Source of the DNA: Saprolegnia diclina VS20
Taxonomy: Eukaryota
Assembly (NCBI RefSeq): GCF_000281045.1
Contig: NW_008246072.1
Span: 1,212,455-1,257,742 of the forward strand
DNA length: 45,288 bases
Direction of reading: 5' to 3'
Below, one piece after another: positions 12,325 to 24,583 of this stretch. Within the stretch, counting starts at the first letter, position 1. Every line of letters begins with the position of its first letter. The translations under genes and the position numbers were made by a program. The notes below the pieces were generated by a model. The model saw only the letters and a program-made list of their open reading frames with translations. It did no database searches and was not told the DNA's origin.

Positions 12325-12715
12325 CGTGTCCTCTAATCGTCGAATGGAACGGCCGCTGCCGCGAAGGCCTCTGATTGGCTGAAATCAGGATTATTGCGAT
12401 ACAGCATTGGTGTATTACAGGGAAAATCGACATTTTTAGCCAGTAAGCAAGCGTTAAAGGAGCTCCAGCCCTGGCCAAAACGAACCCGCTGCCCGCAGCG
12501 CACCTCCAACTCCATCCGCTCCATCAGCACCAGGGCCGACCACCACAGTGAAAGCATCCGACTAGATGCTGAGCAAGGTCCTCACCGGTAGTGCTCAAGC
12601 ACCTCCAGAGGGCGTCAATGCAAGGTTGCGTGATTTTAGCTACCGTGTTCACCACCAAACACTATCCAGCAAGCACTTGTATCAAAGTATCAAGTTGGAT
12701 GAAATTGATTGGAGA

Positions 12716-14290
12716 TTACGAGCACGCTGTCAAGCCGTGGAAGGTGCCCAGAGCAAGCGCGTGATAATGCGCGCGGCGACGGGCGAGCGCTCTGAAAAAG
12801 TCGGCGGGAAGCGCTTCGTGGCGCTGGACGTCAGCAAAGCACGTTGGGTATTCGCTGACCTCTTTAAACAAGGAGGGCAGGCGAAGTGACGTCACGTTGC
12901 TCGGTACGTCAATGTACCCTTGGTAGCTATAGAGCTTTTCGTTGGTCGGGATGGGTCTTGTGTCGAGAAGCGTCGCCGCGTGCACGTAGAAGAGGCTCTT
13001 GGAGACTTGTCTACGCGCACTCAATTAGCCTCGCTCGATTCCACGGCGTTCGATGTTCGATCGCGCACGTACACAGAAGGCGCAATCCAGCGCTGGGCGA
13101 CGGGGCCGCAGAAGACCGTCGGGTGCAGCTCGACGTCGCGCGGCGCATTGAGCGTGTTCGCTCCGTACGTTGCCACGTGGAACGGCTTGTGCATGAGCTC
13201 AAAGACCGCGAAGATCGCGTCGTGGGGCGTGACTACAAACACGCAAATTCAACCGCGAGGCCGCATGTTGCCACGTACGCCACGCGAACGACGGGTCGCG
13301 GTGCGCTTGGCCAATGAGGTTCTTGAGTAGCTTGGGCAAGCGGTCGCCGTACTACACATGCGTGGCTTAGTGTCCCATGCAAAGACTTCACAGGACAAAC
13401 GCGGGTCTTGTGCACGACAAGGAGACTCGGGTCGACGGTCTGCAGCGCCTCAAACGACGAGCTGAGATGCTGCGTAAAAGCGTCCGAGAGCTCGAGGTTC
13501 ACGGCTTCAACCGACGTGTCCAAGTGGTACAGGTCCGTGTATTTGCGCAGCAGATGCGTGTACCGGCCCCCCGCGTTCGCATCCGTCAAAAGGTTGCGCT
13601 GGCGGAAAAAGTACGACCCTAATTCTGAAATCACAATGTGTCAATCTCTGCATCTCGCACCACTGGCTTCGTAGCCGGCGTCGGTCCAGATGACGCTCGG
13701 GTTGCGCAGAAGCAGCGTGTGCGCATCGAGGATCATGACGTGGTCGAACGTCGACGTATAGAGAGCCAGCGGCTTCATCCATGCGTCGCGGGGCGTAGCA
13801 AACAGCGGCGGTCTCGGGATGCCGTGGTCCGCGGCCAATGCGCACGAGTTGACAACGCGGACGTGCGTGAACGCAGCGTGCTTGAGCACTGCCGCCAAGT
13901 CGGACGGCAGCTCGCGCTCTGTGCAGTGGTGCAGCTCGACCGGCAGCTCGGTCCCGAGGCACGCGAGCTCCGTGACGAGCGAGAGCGCGGCAGCAAAGTT
14001 GCCTTCGTGGACGCAAATGACCACGCCGCGGTTGTGCGGGTTTGCACTCGCATCCTTGCGCAGAAGCGTATCACCTAGCAGCCATGGCATGCGAGCAAGG
14101 CAACTGCAGGCCACGTACTTGGCACGTCGACGCGGTGCCACTGGAGGTTGCCAAAGGACTCGCGCATAAAGGCCATTGGCTGCGTACCGCCGTCTTTGCC
14201 CCAGTCGTACGTGATCAATACGAGGCAGAACGTCACGCACTGCAGCGCAAGGAGGCGCAGAATGCACCGGCCGCGCGTCGTCGAGGCCAT
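12716..14290 (-). CDS. Type II membrane alpha-mannosyltransferase-like protein (GT71/MNN); 3' end uncertain
   Basis: N-terminal TM (LLALQCVTFCLVLITY), RGVVICV, LGTELPVELHH, KPLALYTSTFDHVMILDA, GSYFF, VDPSLLVVHK, FAVFELMHKPF. Confidence 0.75.
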
Positions 14291-14593
14291 CGGCAAAGAT
14301 CAAATGATCCAGCATCGAAGAAAGCGCCAACATTCGAAATTCCATTTATCCGGAACCCGTCCACAGAATCCGGACGCGGCCGGTAGACACCGGCCTTCTA
14401 CCGGCGGCGCCCACAAAAAGCCTGCGCGAGAGGCTCGCCGCGAGATACGATATATGAGAACTGGGCCCAGCGGCGCCTGCGTAGGGCGCTCGACGCGGGC
14501 AAGCGTGCTGTAAGAATACGCGCGGCAACGGCAAGTTGCGTGTTTTTATCTGTCGCACGAAGACGGCCTCGCCGCATCAGTTCCCAGAAGCTC

Positions 14594-15553
14594 ATGTGGA
14601 CGATCAACCTCGAGCCGGAGGCGCCCCGGACCCGACTCGTGCTCTCGCCGTGCCCGTATTGCCAAGAGCAGTTTGGCACGGCGTCGCTCCCGATCCACGT
14701 CAAGCGGTGCCGGGCGCTGTACGTGGCACCGACGCCCGAGGTGCCCGAGGTCGTGCAGGCCAAGTCCCGGTCGATCCCGTCGCTTCAAGCCATGTAAGCC
14801 ACGCTCTATGTGTTGCATGTCTTCATGGGCTCTAGGTGTACGCAAATGATCTTGGGCAACCTCCACATCACATGCTTTAGCGGCCTCTTCACGCAGCCCG
14901 CCCACCAAGGTGCGACCAATGCATATTTGTCCTCATCATGTCAAAATGGCGAAGCGGCCCTCATCGCGAGTCTGCCCGAGACCGTGTTGCAGCAGATCCT
15001 CATGCACATTGTGTACGAGCACCAAAACGTACGCCTTGGCGTCGCTTGACCATGTGCTCACGGCGGCGATAGCGCACCAAGCGCTACGAGAAGCACAAGG
15101 CCAAGCTCCGGCTCGTCAAAGACAACTGCGCAGCGCTGGAGGCCACGTGCGCGCAGGTGCACGGCTTGCGTAAGGAGGTCGACCGACTCCAGCGGGTCAT
15201 CGAGGCGCGCGACGCGCAACATGCCAAGACGCGGACCGCTGCCTCGGAGCTCCGCGCCGAAGTACAGCGCCTGCAGCAAGAGAACGCCCGCGTCGCCAAA
15301 ATCAACCAACAGCAGCAGGTGCAGCTACAGGTGCGCTTGCTGGCGGTGTCGACATGCGCCTCAGCTTTGTGAATCGCTAGCGAAAGGCGTGTCTGAAGCC
15401 ACCGACGACGACGAGTACGGCGAGAGATCGCGCGAAACCAGCAGTGCGGCAAACGACCGCAAGAGCGCCGGTCGTCAAGCCACCGCCGCGTCGGTCGGGC
15501 TCGGGCATTCCGTACCCGAGCTCGCTGCCATCCCGCTACGCCAAAGACCTTGA
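14594..15553 (+). CDS. C2HC-type zinc finger plus coiled-coil protein, multi-exon
   Basis: CPYCQEQFGTASLPIHVKRC, then heptad-rich LRKEVDRLQRVIEAR..LRAEVQRLQQEN; GT..AG introns. Confidence 0.65.
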
Positions 15554-15604
15554 TGACGCGACGCGCGGTCTGTGCCATATAAAGTTGATTTAAAGGCAGG
15601 CCGC

Positions 15605-16883
15605 TTAGTCCTTCTTCTCGTCGTCCTTCTTCTTCTTCTCGTCGTCCTTTTGCGTGATCTGCTTCATGGCGGCTTGGATCTTCGGGTCGTTCGGGTCGAC
15701 GCCCGGCAGACCCGAGAGAAGCGAGCTGACAAAGTTGGGGTCCATAAAAGGCATCGTCGACGCCGGCGCGGGCGCGGGCGCAGCCACGGCTTCCTTCACG
15801 GGGGCCTTGGGCGTCTCTACGGGAGCCGCCGCCTATAAGAGCCAATGTGAGACACTGGTATTCCAGTGCATAGGCCACGTACTTGCTTGACAGGCGTCGC
15901 AAACGTCGTCGTCGGAGCAGGCGGCGCCGGGGCCTTGGGTTCCGCAACGACTGGCGTTGCCTCGACAGCCGGCGTCGTCTCGGCGATAGGTGCCAGAGGC
16001 TCGCTCTTGGTCGCTTCTTCGGCAGCGCGCTTCGCAGCAGCTTCCTGCCGGGCACGTTCTTCTTCCATGGAAACACGGAGCGCCTGCAAGTGGATGAGAG
16101 GCGGCTCGAAGAAGGTGAGGGGTATACCAAAGCAAGATCGGGGTCCATGCTCGGGTCGACGCCTCCAAACTCGGCGAAATCGTTCGAGCTCGAGGCACCG
16201 CCGCCCATGCCAGCGCCCATGCCGCCATCGCCATCGCCGTGGAAGATCGGCGACGAGACCAAGACGTCCGACGGCAACACCCCCGGCGGGACCGTGATCA
16301 GATGGCTAGGCGTTCGGTGAGTATTCCTGCGCAAGGGCACAGTGTGTCTCATGTACCTGTTTTGGTTGCTGTTGGCCGCATCGACAAAGGCCTGGAGCTT
16401 GGGCGCGTTGCGGTCGACGTCGCCCATCGAGACGACGTCGACGCCAATGTTGTTCTTCTTACAGAGCTTGCCAATCTTGACCAAGGCCTTGTCATCCTCG
16501 TCAATGGGCGAGCCGAGGAACACGACGATGCGCGCGCTGCCCTTCTTGTTGCGGCGGTGCTTGAGCGCGAGCTGCGCGACTTGGATCGCCTCTGAAAACT
16601 GGACCGTGCCGCCGATCGAGGCCGGCGTGATCTCGTGCATGACGTTGAGGAGCTTCCCAATATTGTCGGTCGGGCTCGCGAGGAGCGAGACCGTCTTGCT
16701 GTGCACGTTGACGGTCGAGGACATGGCGAGGATACCGACCGTGCTCTCCGGGTTGGCGTTCGTCTTGAAGGTCACGAGAAGGTTCACGGCGTCGCCCTGC
16801 GCCTCGATGCGCGAGGGAACGTAGTCGCCATTGCGCATCCACTCGGACGTGTCCACGACGATCATCGTCGACTCGAGGCCCAT
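15605..16883 (-). CDS. RPN10: 26S proteasome ubiquitin receptor Rpn10/PSMD4
   Basis: MGLESTMIVVDTSEWMRNGDY.PSR vWA start, AIQVAQLALKHR, UIM DPDLAL|ALRVSMEEERARQE, C-terminal LPGVDPND. Confidence 0.96.
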
Positions 16884-17306
16884 CCTAGCTGCGCGTCCCG
16901 AAAGGTATATGGGGCCCACAACACGTAGGATCTTCGTGACATTTGAAGTTTGTATAGTATATTCTACGCCAGCTATAAAGTCCTACCGGAGCGACGCTCG
17001 GCGCAGTTCAATTCGGACTTTAGGATGAGATTCGGATTTTCCATCGTGCCACGCTTGTTCCACAACATGGAGTCTTCGCCAGACCAAGTTGACGCTCCTT
17101 GCATGGAGTCGTCGAGAGAGCCTCGGAGCATGTATGCTACTTACCGCCAGTTGACGTGGCTTGGCTGCACGTAGCTCCAGCAGCGCTCCCTGCCAACGCA
17201 CGCTACACCAACGGCAGCATGCGCCAGGCAGGCAGAGTTACAAGCGCAGATCCATGCGAGCATGCAATGGGGTTCGAGTTGAGTGCTATGGTTACATGCG
17301 CGAGAG

Positions 17307-17861
17307 CTATTTCCGCGGGCCCTTGCCTTCGACGCTAACGCGGTGAATCGCTATAAAGTCGTTGTAGCCCGAGAGGATCTTGAACTTGACAAACGACGCA
17401 TCTTCCCTCGAGACAGGCTGCGTCTCGATCTGGAGGTTGCCGTCGTTCTCGTTGATCTCTAGACACAGCCGTCAGGCCTACGCGAGGTCGAAAATGGCAC
17501 GTACGAGCGTCGACAACCTTGTCCCACTTGGTCGGCGTCGGGCCCGTACATACCTCGACGACCATGTGCTTGGCTACAGGCAAGATGCGCTTCCTCCTCC
17601 TCCTTGTAGCATCATGTACCGTTTGTCGTCCATGTCTTGATGCGCGAGATGACCGAGGCCGTCGCGAGCTGGATCACGATCTCTTGCGGGTACATGCCCG
17701 TCGTCATCCACTTGGTCGACGTCTCGCTACGTTGCCGTGAGGTCGGTGCTCCAAGCACACGCATGCATGTACCCGTCGAGGACGTTGGAGGGCGGGAACT
17801 TGCTGTCGAAGGACGTCGCGGCCGTCACTTGCGCTCCTTCGACGTCCAGCGCCAAGTCCAT
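17307..17861 (-). CDS. IFT25: Intraflagellar transport protein 25 (HSPB11)
   Basis: Spliced by eye: MDLALDVEGAQVTAATSFDSKFPPSNVLDG|..WMTTGMYPQEIVI..|..FVKFKILSGYNDFIAIHRVSVEG, matching the IFT25 pattern. Absent from the ORF track as a whole. Confidence 0.88.
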
Positions 17862-18031
17862 CGTCGCGAGAAACACAAAATAGCGCCCGTTTCACAGCCG
17901 AAAACGACAGTCCATGCGTTTCCCCTTGGATCTCACATACATGCTGCAGAGGCCACTAGGCTTTGTGGTGATGATGTTCAGGAGCAGCGCCAGTGCGATG
18001 CCAACAGCATGTACATCGAATGCAGGCTGTG

Positions 18032-18698
18032 TTAGATGGAAGGCGCCTCGCTGAGGTCAACGTTCCCAGATGCAGTGGCTTCGGTCGCGTGCGACGCGAG
18101 CAAGCGCTCTTCCACAGGCGCGGGCTCGGCAAGCTTGGCGGCGAGGGACTCGGTCGGGCAGTTCATCTCGTCGGCGGCATGGAGCTTCTGGACAATGCGC
18201 TTGGCGACGTCCAGCTCGACCTGCATGGCCTCGCGCTGCTCCATCTTGGCCGTGACGAGCCCGTCGCGCTTCGTGGCCCAGTCCTACGTACAGTGTCGAT
18301 GAGACGGCGCGAGTGATGCTGGGTCGAGGCGACCTTTTCGCGGTTCAGAATCGCATCGACCAAGGATCGGCTCGTCCGCATATCCTTCTTGATGCCATGG
18401 ATCTTGCGTTGAATGTCTTGAGGCGTGTGTTCCTCGTACTCCTCCATGGCGAGGCGCTCCAGGTGCCAGCCATTGAGGTGTCGGGCCTTGGGGTGCGTGA
18501 TCTGGAGAATCTCCTTGAGGTCGTCTTCTTCGGTCCGTTTCTAGCCCACACAGAGCATGAGGCGACGGCTTCTAGGCACATGCATACGTCGAAGACGCGG
18601 ATAAGATCTTGGATCTGTCCGCGAAGCTCGTCGGCGCCAAGGCCAAAGGTCAGTTGGAGCACTTGCTGCACGGCGTCGCCCGTCTCGGCTGCAGACAT
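18032..18698 (-). CDS. Hypothetical coiled-coil protein, three exons
   Basis: MSAAETGDAVQQVLQ..VFD|KRTEEDDLKE..LNREK|DWATKRDG..EAPSI; two GT..AG introns keep the frame. Confidence 0.7.
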
Positions 18699-19395
18699 GG
18701 CCAATTTCGTTTTTGCCCAATCCCACCATGCCGAGATTGGTGATTGGCTAAAAATCAGGAATCGAGTTTTATAGTGTAAAGCGGACAGAAATAGTGTACG
18801 TTGCGAGGCAAAGCCGCCAGACACGTCGCGCAACGACGCCCTCGCACCGATTTCACATATCGAGAGTCCTTGTTGCCTCGACGCAATGTTCGTGGAGCTT
18901 AATGTTCCAAGCTACGGTCGCCACCTACCGATCCCCAAGCAAAAATCATGGGAGATCGACCGACCGCGTCCGTATGACTAGACTCGTCATCCAAGCCGTG
19001 GAAGGAAATTGCAGGCATTCATAAACAGCAGCTGCGTCTCCAGCCCGATGGTGTCCGGTCAGAGCGTCCGGCCAGCTACTTCTCCGAGCAGCTGAGCACA
19101 TGCCGCTGGTAGCTTGAGTTCAAGGCGTCCGCGCTGCGAGACCTACCACGCATCCGTCATTTGCCTCGCCATGGACGTCTACCTGCGCCTTTGTTCTGAC
19201 TGCCGGCCTCACGTATAGCTCTCACATTGGAGTTTGTACCGCCGCAGTATCTTGACCGCACGCCAATCTGGATCGTGATGGCGCGGACGTCGATGGAGCA
19301 AGGTCAAGTTGAAGTTCCGGCACACGCATCCATCCGGATGTCCGGTTGGGGATGAAAGATCGGGGAGGATCACATTTGCACGAGCGCACTGGCCC

Positions 19396-21078
19396 ATGGA
19401 GCGAACGCCCGAGCCCGCCGTCTTGATCCACGGTGTGATCGTAGAGCTCTATTGCACAGTAAGCGCTGATAAGATCTTAGGACTCCTCGGCTGGGGCAAG
19501 CGCAAGCCGCTGTACAACTGGGGCCCCGACTACTGGCCCGTCGATGCGCTGGCGGCTGTGAATCCTAACTGCATCGTGGTCGACGTGGGCGTCGCATCAT
19601 CCGACCACGACCGCGCGTGCGAGGTCTTCTACCAACTCATGGGCGGCCGCGTCGACTACGGCGAGATCCACGCCTTGGAGAAGCGTACCTCCCTTCCAAC
19701 ACTCGGTCGCTCACGTGGTCGTAGAGCACTACCGCTACGGCTACACGTTTGAGACGCCGTTGTACGCTGCATGGAGCGAGGTACTACTACAGTCGAATGC
19801 AGCAACGCCCATATATCAGAATGCTAGGACAACCCCGTGCACCTGATCGGTCACAGCTACGGCGCGACGACAGGTAGCGTACTCCACTCGACAATCGTAT
19901 ATCGAAACAAAGTAGCATTGGAGCTCTACCAGCTGATCTGCACCGACTTTTTCAACGTCGGCAGCAACCACAAGTGGGTCAAGAGCATCACGTCGATCGC
20001 AGGTCCTCTCAGCGGCGCGACGCTCGGTAGGATGCGCACCGGGTGCCATGTCTGACGCCTTTGCAGGCCACATGTGCGGTCTCGAGGCCGACGAGTCGAT
20101 CAAGGCCGGTGGTATCAACCACATTGTCGGGTCGGCCATCTCGACGCTATGGAAGCTGCAACACCACTTCCCTTGGCTTGACAACCTCTACTCGATTCGC
20201 ATGCCGCAGTGGCTCGGCTACTCTCAATGGTCGACCATCTACGACGTCAACAGCACGCCCATGACCACTGGCGACATGGGTTGGCATCGACTGCATGCAA
20301 ATTGTGTCTCTGAATCCAGTCGTGCGTAGCGTCCTACTGCCTCCTTCCGTCGTCGCGCATGCGTCGCAACGGCGAGTTTGTGCACATGGACAAGGTCCAC
20401 CTCGTGAGCATCGTGTCGCGCGATGACGCGCCTCCGTCGCCCCACTACCGCGACGTCGCTGCTGTTCTCGTTGTGCTTGTCTTGTGGCGCGCCGGCAAGG
20501 TAAGATGGTGCGGGCGTGCAATGGACGATGACGCTGCTGGTCTAGCTCAACAAGTGGCTCCTGGGGCTCGTCGGGCTCGCGGCGTGGCGGCGGTACCGGT
20601 CCTTTGACGCGGCGCAGATGCCGTTCCTCATGACGTTCTTCCTCCGCCGCCACGCGCACTCGATCGCGACGCCGATCTACGCCAGTACCGACAGCGCTTT
20701 TGGCTGTCGTCCTCGTGGGTATTGAGGCGACGCGTAGGTTTTGAAAAGGAGGAGTGGGCGGCCAATGACGGCGTCGTCAACACATACTCGATGCTGCGCC
20801 CGCGCTACTGCGAGACGTTTGCCGCAGACCCCGACTTGCCGCGCATTCCGTCGCACGTCTCGATCGACTTGGAAGAAGCGGCGACCGCGCTGCCGACGGT
20901 GCGAACTCCTGCAATTTCCACTGGAACGAAACAGAGTATGAACTAGGGGCAATGGCACGTCTACCGCGTGGCGAAGAACCATTTTTGCGGAACACGCTGG
21001 GACCGCGACGCCAAAGAGCTCTACACCAAGCTCTTTCGCCTTCTCAATGCGTCGCAGACACCGGGTCGCATCGCGTAA
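19396..21078 (+). CDS. Lipase (alpha/beta hydrolase), paralog 1
   Basis: PAVLIHG|LLGW, SSDHDRACEVFYQLMGGRVDYG, HLIGHSYGATT (GxSxG), WAANDGVVNTYSM, WHVYRVAKNH. Confidence 0.88.
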
Positions 21079-21522
21079 GCTCAAAGTTCTTTTACATTCC
21101 TAAAATTTGTGAATCCATTCCTTTCCTGAAACACCGACGTATTCCCAGAGCATATTTCACGTTGTGATTCTTGCGTCGGGGCACAACCGAGCGCAACTTC
21201 TCAAATTCAAACCGGCGATCTTGAAGGCACGCGGGAGTGTACACCGGGGTACACGTGCGTTGACACCCGGTTTATTCTGTGCCCCGGTGTATCAACGAGA
21301 TTGAGAATTTTGTATGGCAGCTTTGCAAAGGTGTCGAACGGCGACTGCGACGACGGGCCCGATGGAGGTAGGCTTCCGCTCGATCGACGGACTTGACGAT
21401 CTTCTCTTCTCCGGTAGCATGCAGCGCCGGAACCGTACCGCGCCAATAGAGCGTGGCTCAACGCCGTGACCAAGACGACGACAGGCAGCGAGGTCCCGCC
21501 CGAGGCCCCAGGACGGGACGTG

Positions 21523-24489
21523 ATGCCCCCGCCCGCGACGCGGCCGGCGCCGGCCGCGCCCGTCCGAATCACGGCTGGTGACTCGCAGCACCGCCCGACA
21601 GATAACCCTGGTGACGTCAACTCGTATGAGTGGAAGCTGCGCGCGTACAAGATCGCGGTCAAGCGCAACATTCCGCTCGTCTCGCGCTGCAGCTTTATCC
21701 AGCAGGGGGCGTGCCACCTCTGCAACGGCACGGCCATCACGATGGTGGTCAACTTGTGCCCTCAGTTTGATTACTCGCACTCGATCTGCGTGCGGCACCT
21801 CGAGTCGGTTCTGAACGCGACGATGAACGATCTCTTGTGCGGGAAGGTCTTTCCGTGCCCCATCTGCGCCCACGAATGCCCGTGCGGCCTATGCGAGCGC
21901 CTCGTTGCCAAGGACTTTGAGTGCTACGAAGGCTGGGAGCAGTCGACCGACGCGAAGCGCGACGCCCGCACGCCGCCGCCGGCCTTGACGGCAATTCCGT
22001 CGGCAGCGGCCCTTCCGGCCTCAGCAGCGCCGCTTGCGACCGTGCGCACACTCAACGCGCAGCACATTCGCCCACTGGATGCGTACGCGCGACCGGCAGC
22101 AGCGCCAAAGATGGCAGCCAAGTCGACGGGGCGCATTGCACTCGCGCCACAGCCGCCTGTGGTGGATGTGGCCGATGCGAAGGAGCCTGTAAGCTACATG
22201 GCACCACCCAAGGTCGCGGCGAAGAGTCTTCCGCGCGTCTCTTCCAAGCAGCAAGTCCTCGAGGCCAAGACGCCGTCCTACCTCGAGTCGGACGCGATGC
22301 TCCGTGCCGACAGCAAGGACACGGGGCACGCGCCCCGGCAGCTCAAAACAGCCGCCAAGAGTCTTATGACTGCCGCGCAGCTCAAGGCACCTGCGTTTGT
22401 GCCGCCGCCGGCCCCGCCAATCCGCCATGCGCCGAGCGAAGACGATGACGCGACCGAGGTGTCTGCTGATGAAAGCGCGTCGACGTCGAGCGGCTCGGAC
22501 GACGACGAGCCGCGGCTCAAGCCTGTCCGCTTCTTCCACGCGCGCACCGAGTTTGCTACAGAGAGCAAAGGCACGTTTGGCCCGGTCGTGACGGCTGCCG
22601 ACGCCAAGTCGACGAGCACTGTCTCGGAGCACGGGTCGGCGAACGAAGCGTCGTCAGCCCTCTCGCCCGACGACAAGCCCGAGGCGAAAGAAGTGGCTGC
22701 GAGCTTGTCTGCAGACGTTGCAGAAGGTTTGGATGAAGACGACAATGACGTCCCGCTGCCGTCGCCGAATGTGTCGTCGGCCGCGGACGATGCGTCGATC
22801 GACGAAAACGTCAGCGCCATGGTGACGGATGAAGCCACGGATCTACTCAACATGCCATTGGACAACGAGTTGGTGCTGGACAAGAGTGACGACGCTGCGC
22901 CGGCATCACCGCCCCGCGACCAGCGCCCCGAGACTGCACTGGAGACGGCGGTACCGACTCTGGGCGACGCAGCTGCAACGGGGACCAACGAAGAGGACGA
23001 TCCGGACAAAGTTGCTGCTGACGTTGTCAGTGCAACGGCTTCCACGAACCCCCCAATGTCGGTAGACCCTCCACTGCAAGTGGCCGTCGCGCCACCTGAA
23101 CAAGAGCGCCCGTCAACGGCACCCAAGCAAGCGCTCCCAGCCTCGTCGCCAGAAAAGCAAGCCGCAACTTCCGCACCGTCGTCACCAGCGATTTCGTTGC
23201 CCACACGGACGCCGGCAGCTGCGGTCGGGCTCCCTACACTAGAGTCCCAGCAGACGGCTCCGGCAACCACCGCGGTCACGGCTGCACTGACACCGCCAAC
23301 GCAAGAAACACCAGCAGCCCCACCACTGACGCCCCCGCAGGCGTCGCCGGCTGCGACCGTTGTGACGTCGCCACAGCAAGTGACGCAGACGCCGGCCTCT
23401 CCCGCACGAGTGGCGCCGCCGTCTTTGGCGGCCACGGCCGACGTATCGACGCCGATACCACCTCAGCAAGGGACGCCAGCTGCGACGCCCTCTCTTGTGC
23501 CAGCAGTGAAAGCGTCGACGCTGGCTTCTTCTCCAGACGCCAAAGCCGTATCTGCACCAGAATCGGCCAAATCAACCCCCGAGCCGGCAGCGCAACAACC
23601 GCAAGCAAAGCCCACCAAGAGCATTGCGCAGACATTATTCGCCGAGTTCATGGCTCCCGAGCCTAGCGTCAAGACGCGCGCGCAGCGCCAGGTAGCACCG
23701 CCGCCGGTCAAGCAGACACGCTCGGCCGCCGCGGCGCGTGACGCGCCCGCCGCGAAGCGCGCCAAGACGGAGGAGTCGGCGCCGGCAAAGCGTCCGTCGG
23801 TCGACTCGAACACTGCACCGGCCAAGCGCGCGCGGGGTGCTGAGCCCAAGGCGCCGCCGACGCCCGAAAGCGACAGCGACGATGAGGACATGGAGGATGA
23901 CGACGACGACGAGCTGGACGCGAACCTCGACTACTGCACCATCTGCAAGGAAGATGGCGACCTCGTGTGCTGCGACAAGTGCCCGCGATCGTACCACCTC
24001 TTGTGCTTGAACATGAGCGACGACGACCTTCCGGAAGGCGACTGGGAGTGCGCCGAGTGCACGGGCCACCAGAACGACATGCGTTTTGACGCTGTCCTCA
24101 AGGGTCGCGGCGCCAAAAAAAAGGTAGGGGGACGAACCGTGCACTCGATATTACTGTTGGTGTAGAGCAAGGCGATGGAGATTGTGCTCGCGGCGCTGAC
24201 GACGCACCAGTTTGCCAAGCCGTTTATGTCGCCCGTCCAAGGCATCAAGGGCTACGACAAGATTGTCAAGAAGCGCATGGACCTCGCGACCGTCCAGCGG
24301 CGCCTCACGCAAGGCGAGTACGACAAGAACGTCGGGTTTGATAAGGCGTTTCTGGACGACCTTGCGCTCATTTGGGACAACTGCTTGGCCTTCAACGAGC
24401 TCGGGTCGGGGCTCTACCGCGCCGCCGTCCACCTCCGCGACCACGTCGCTGCGCTCATTGCCAAATTCGAAGCGCTCCACAACAGCTAA
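21523..24489 (+). CDS. Chromatin reader: zf-4CXXC_R1-like finger, long disordered linker, PHD finger, bromodomain
   Basis: CHLC..C..CVRH..CPICAHECPCGLC; PHD CTICKEDGDLVCCDKCPRSYHLLCL..WECAEC; bromodomain FAKPFMSPV..YDKIVKKRMDL..LIWDNCLAFN; intron 24124-24165. Start uncertain. Confidence 0.88.
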
Positions 24490-24583
24490 GATCTAAGATA
24501 CCGACAGAGGATGGGAGGTATATATATTTGCAAAAACACGCCCGCGTCTACTACATGGTGGTGGGTTGGATGTCTGCCATAGA

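Noticed and set aside
12333..12715. Small gene between RFC5 and the GT71-like gene
   Set aside because: Short frames on both strands have no recognisable motif; likely promoter and UTR sequence.
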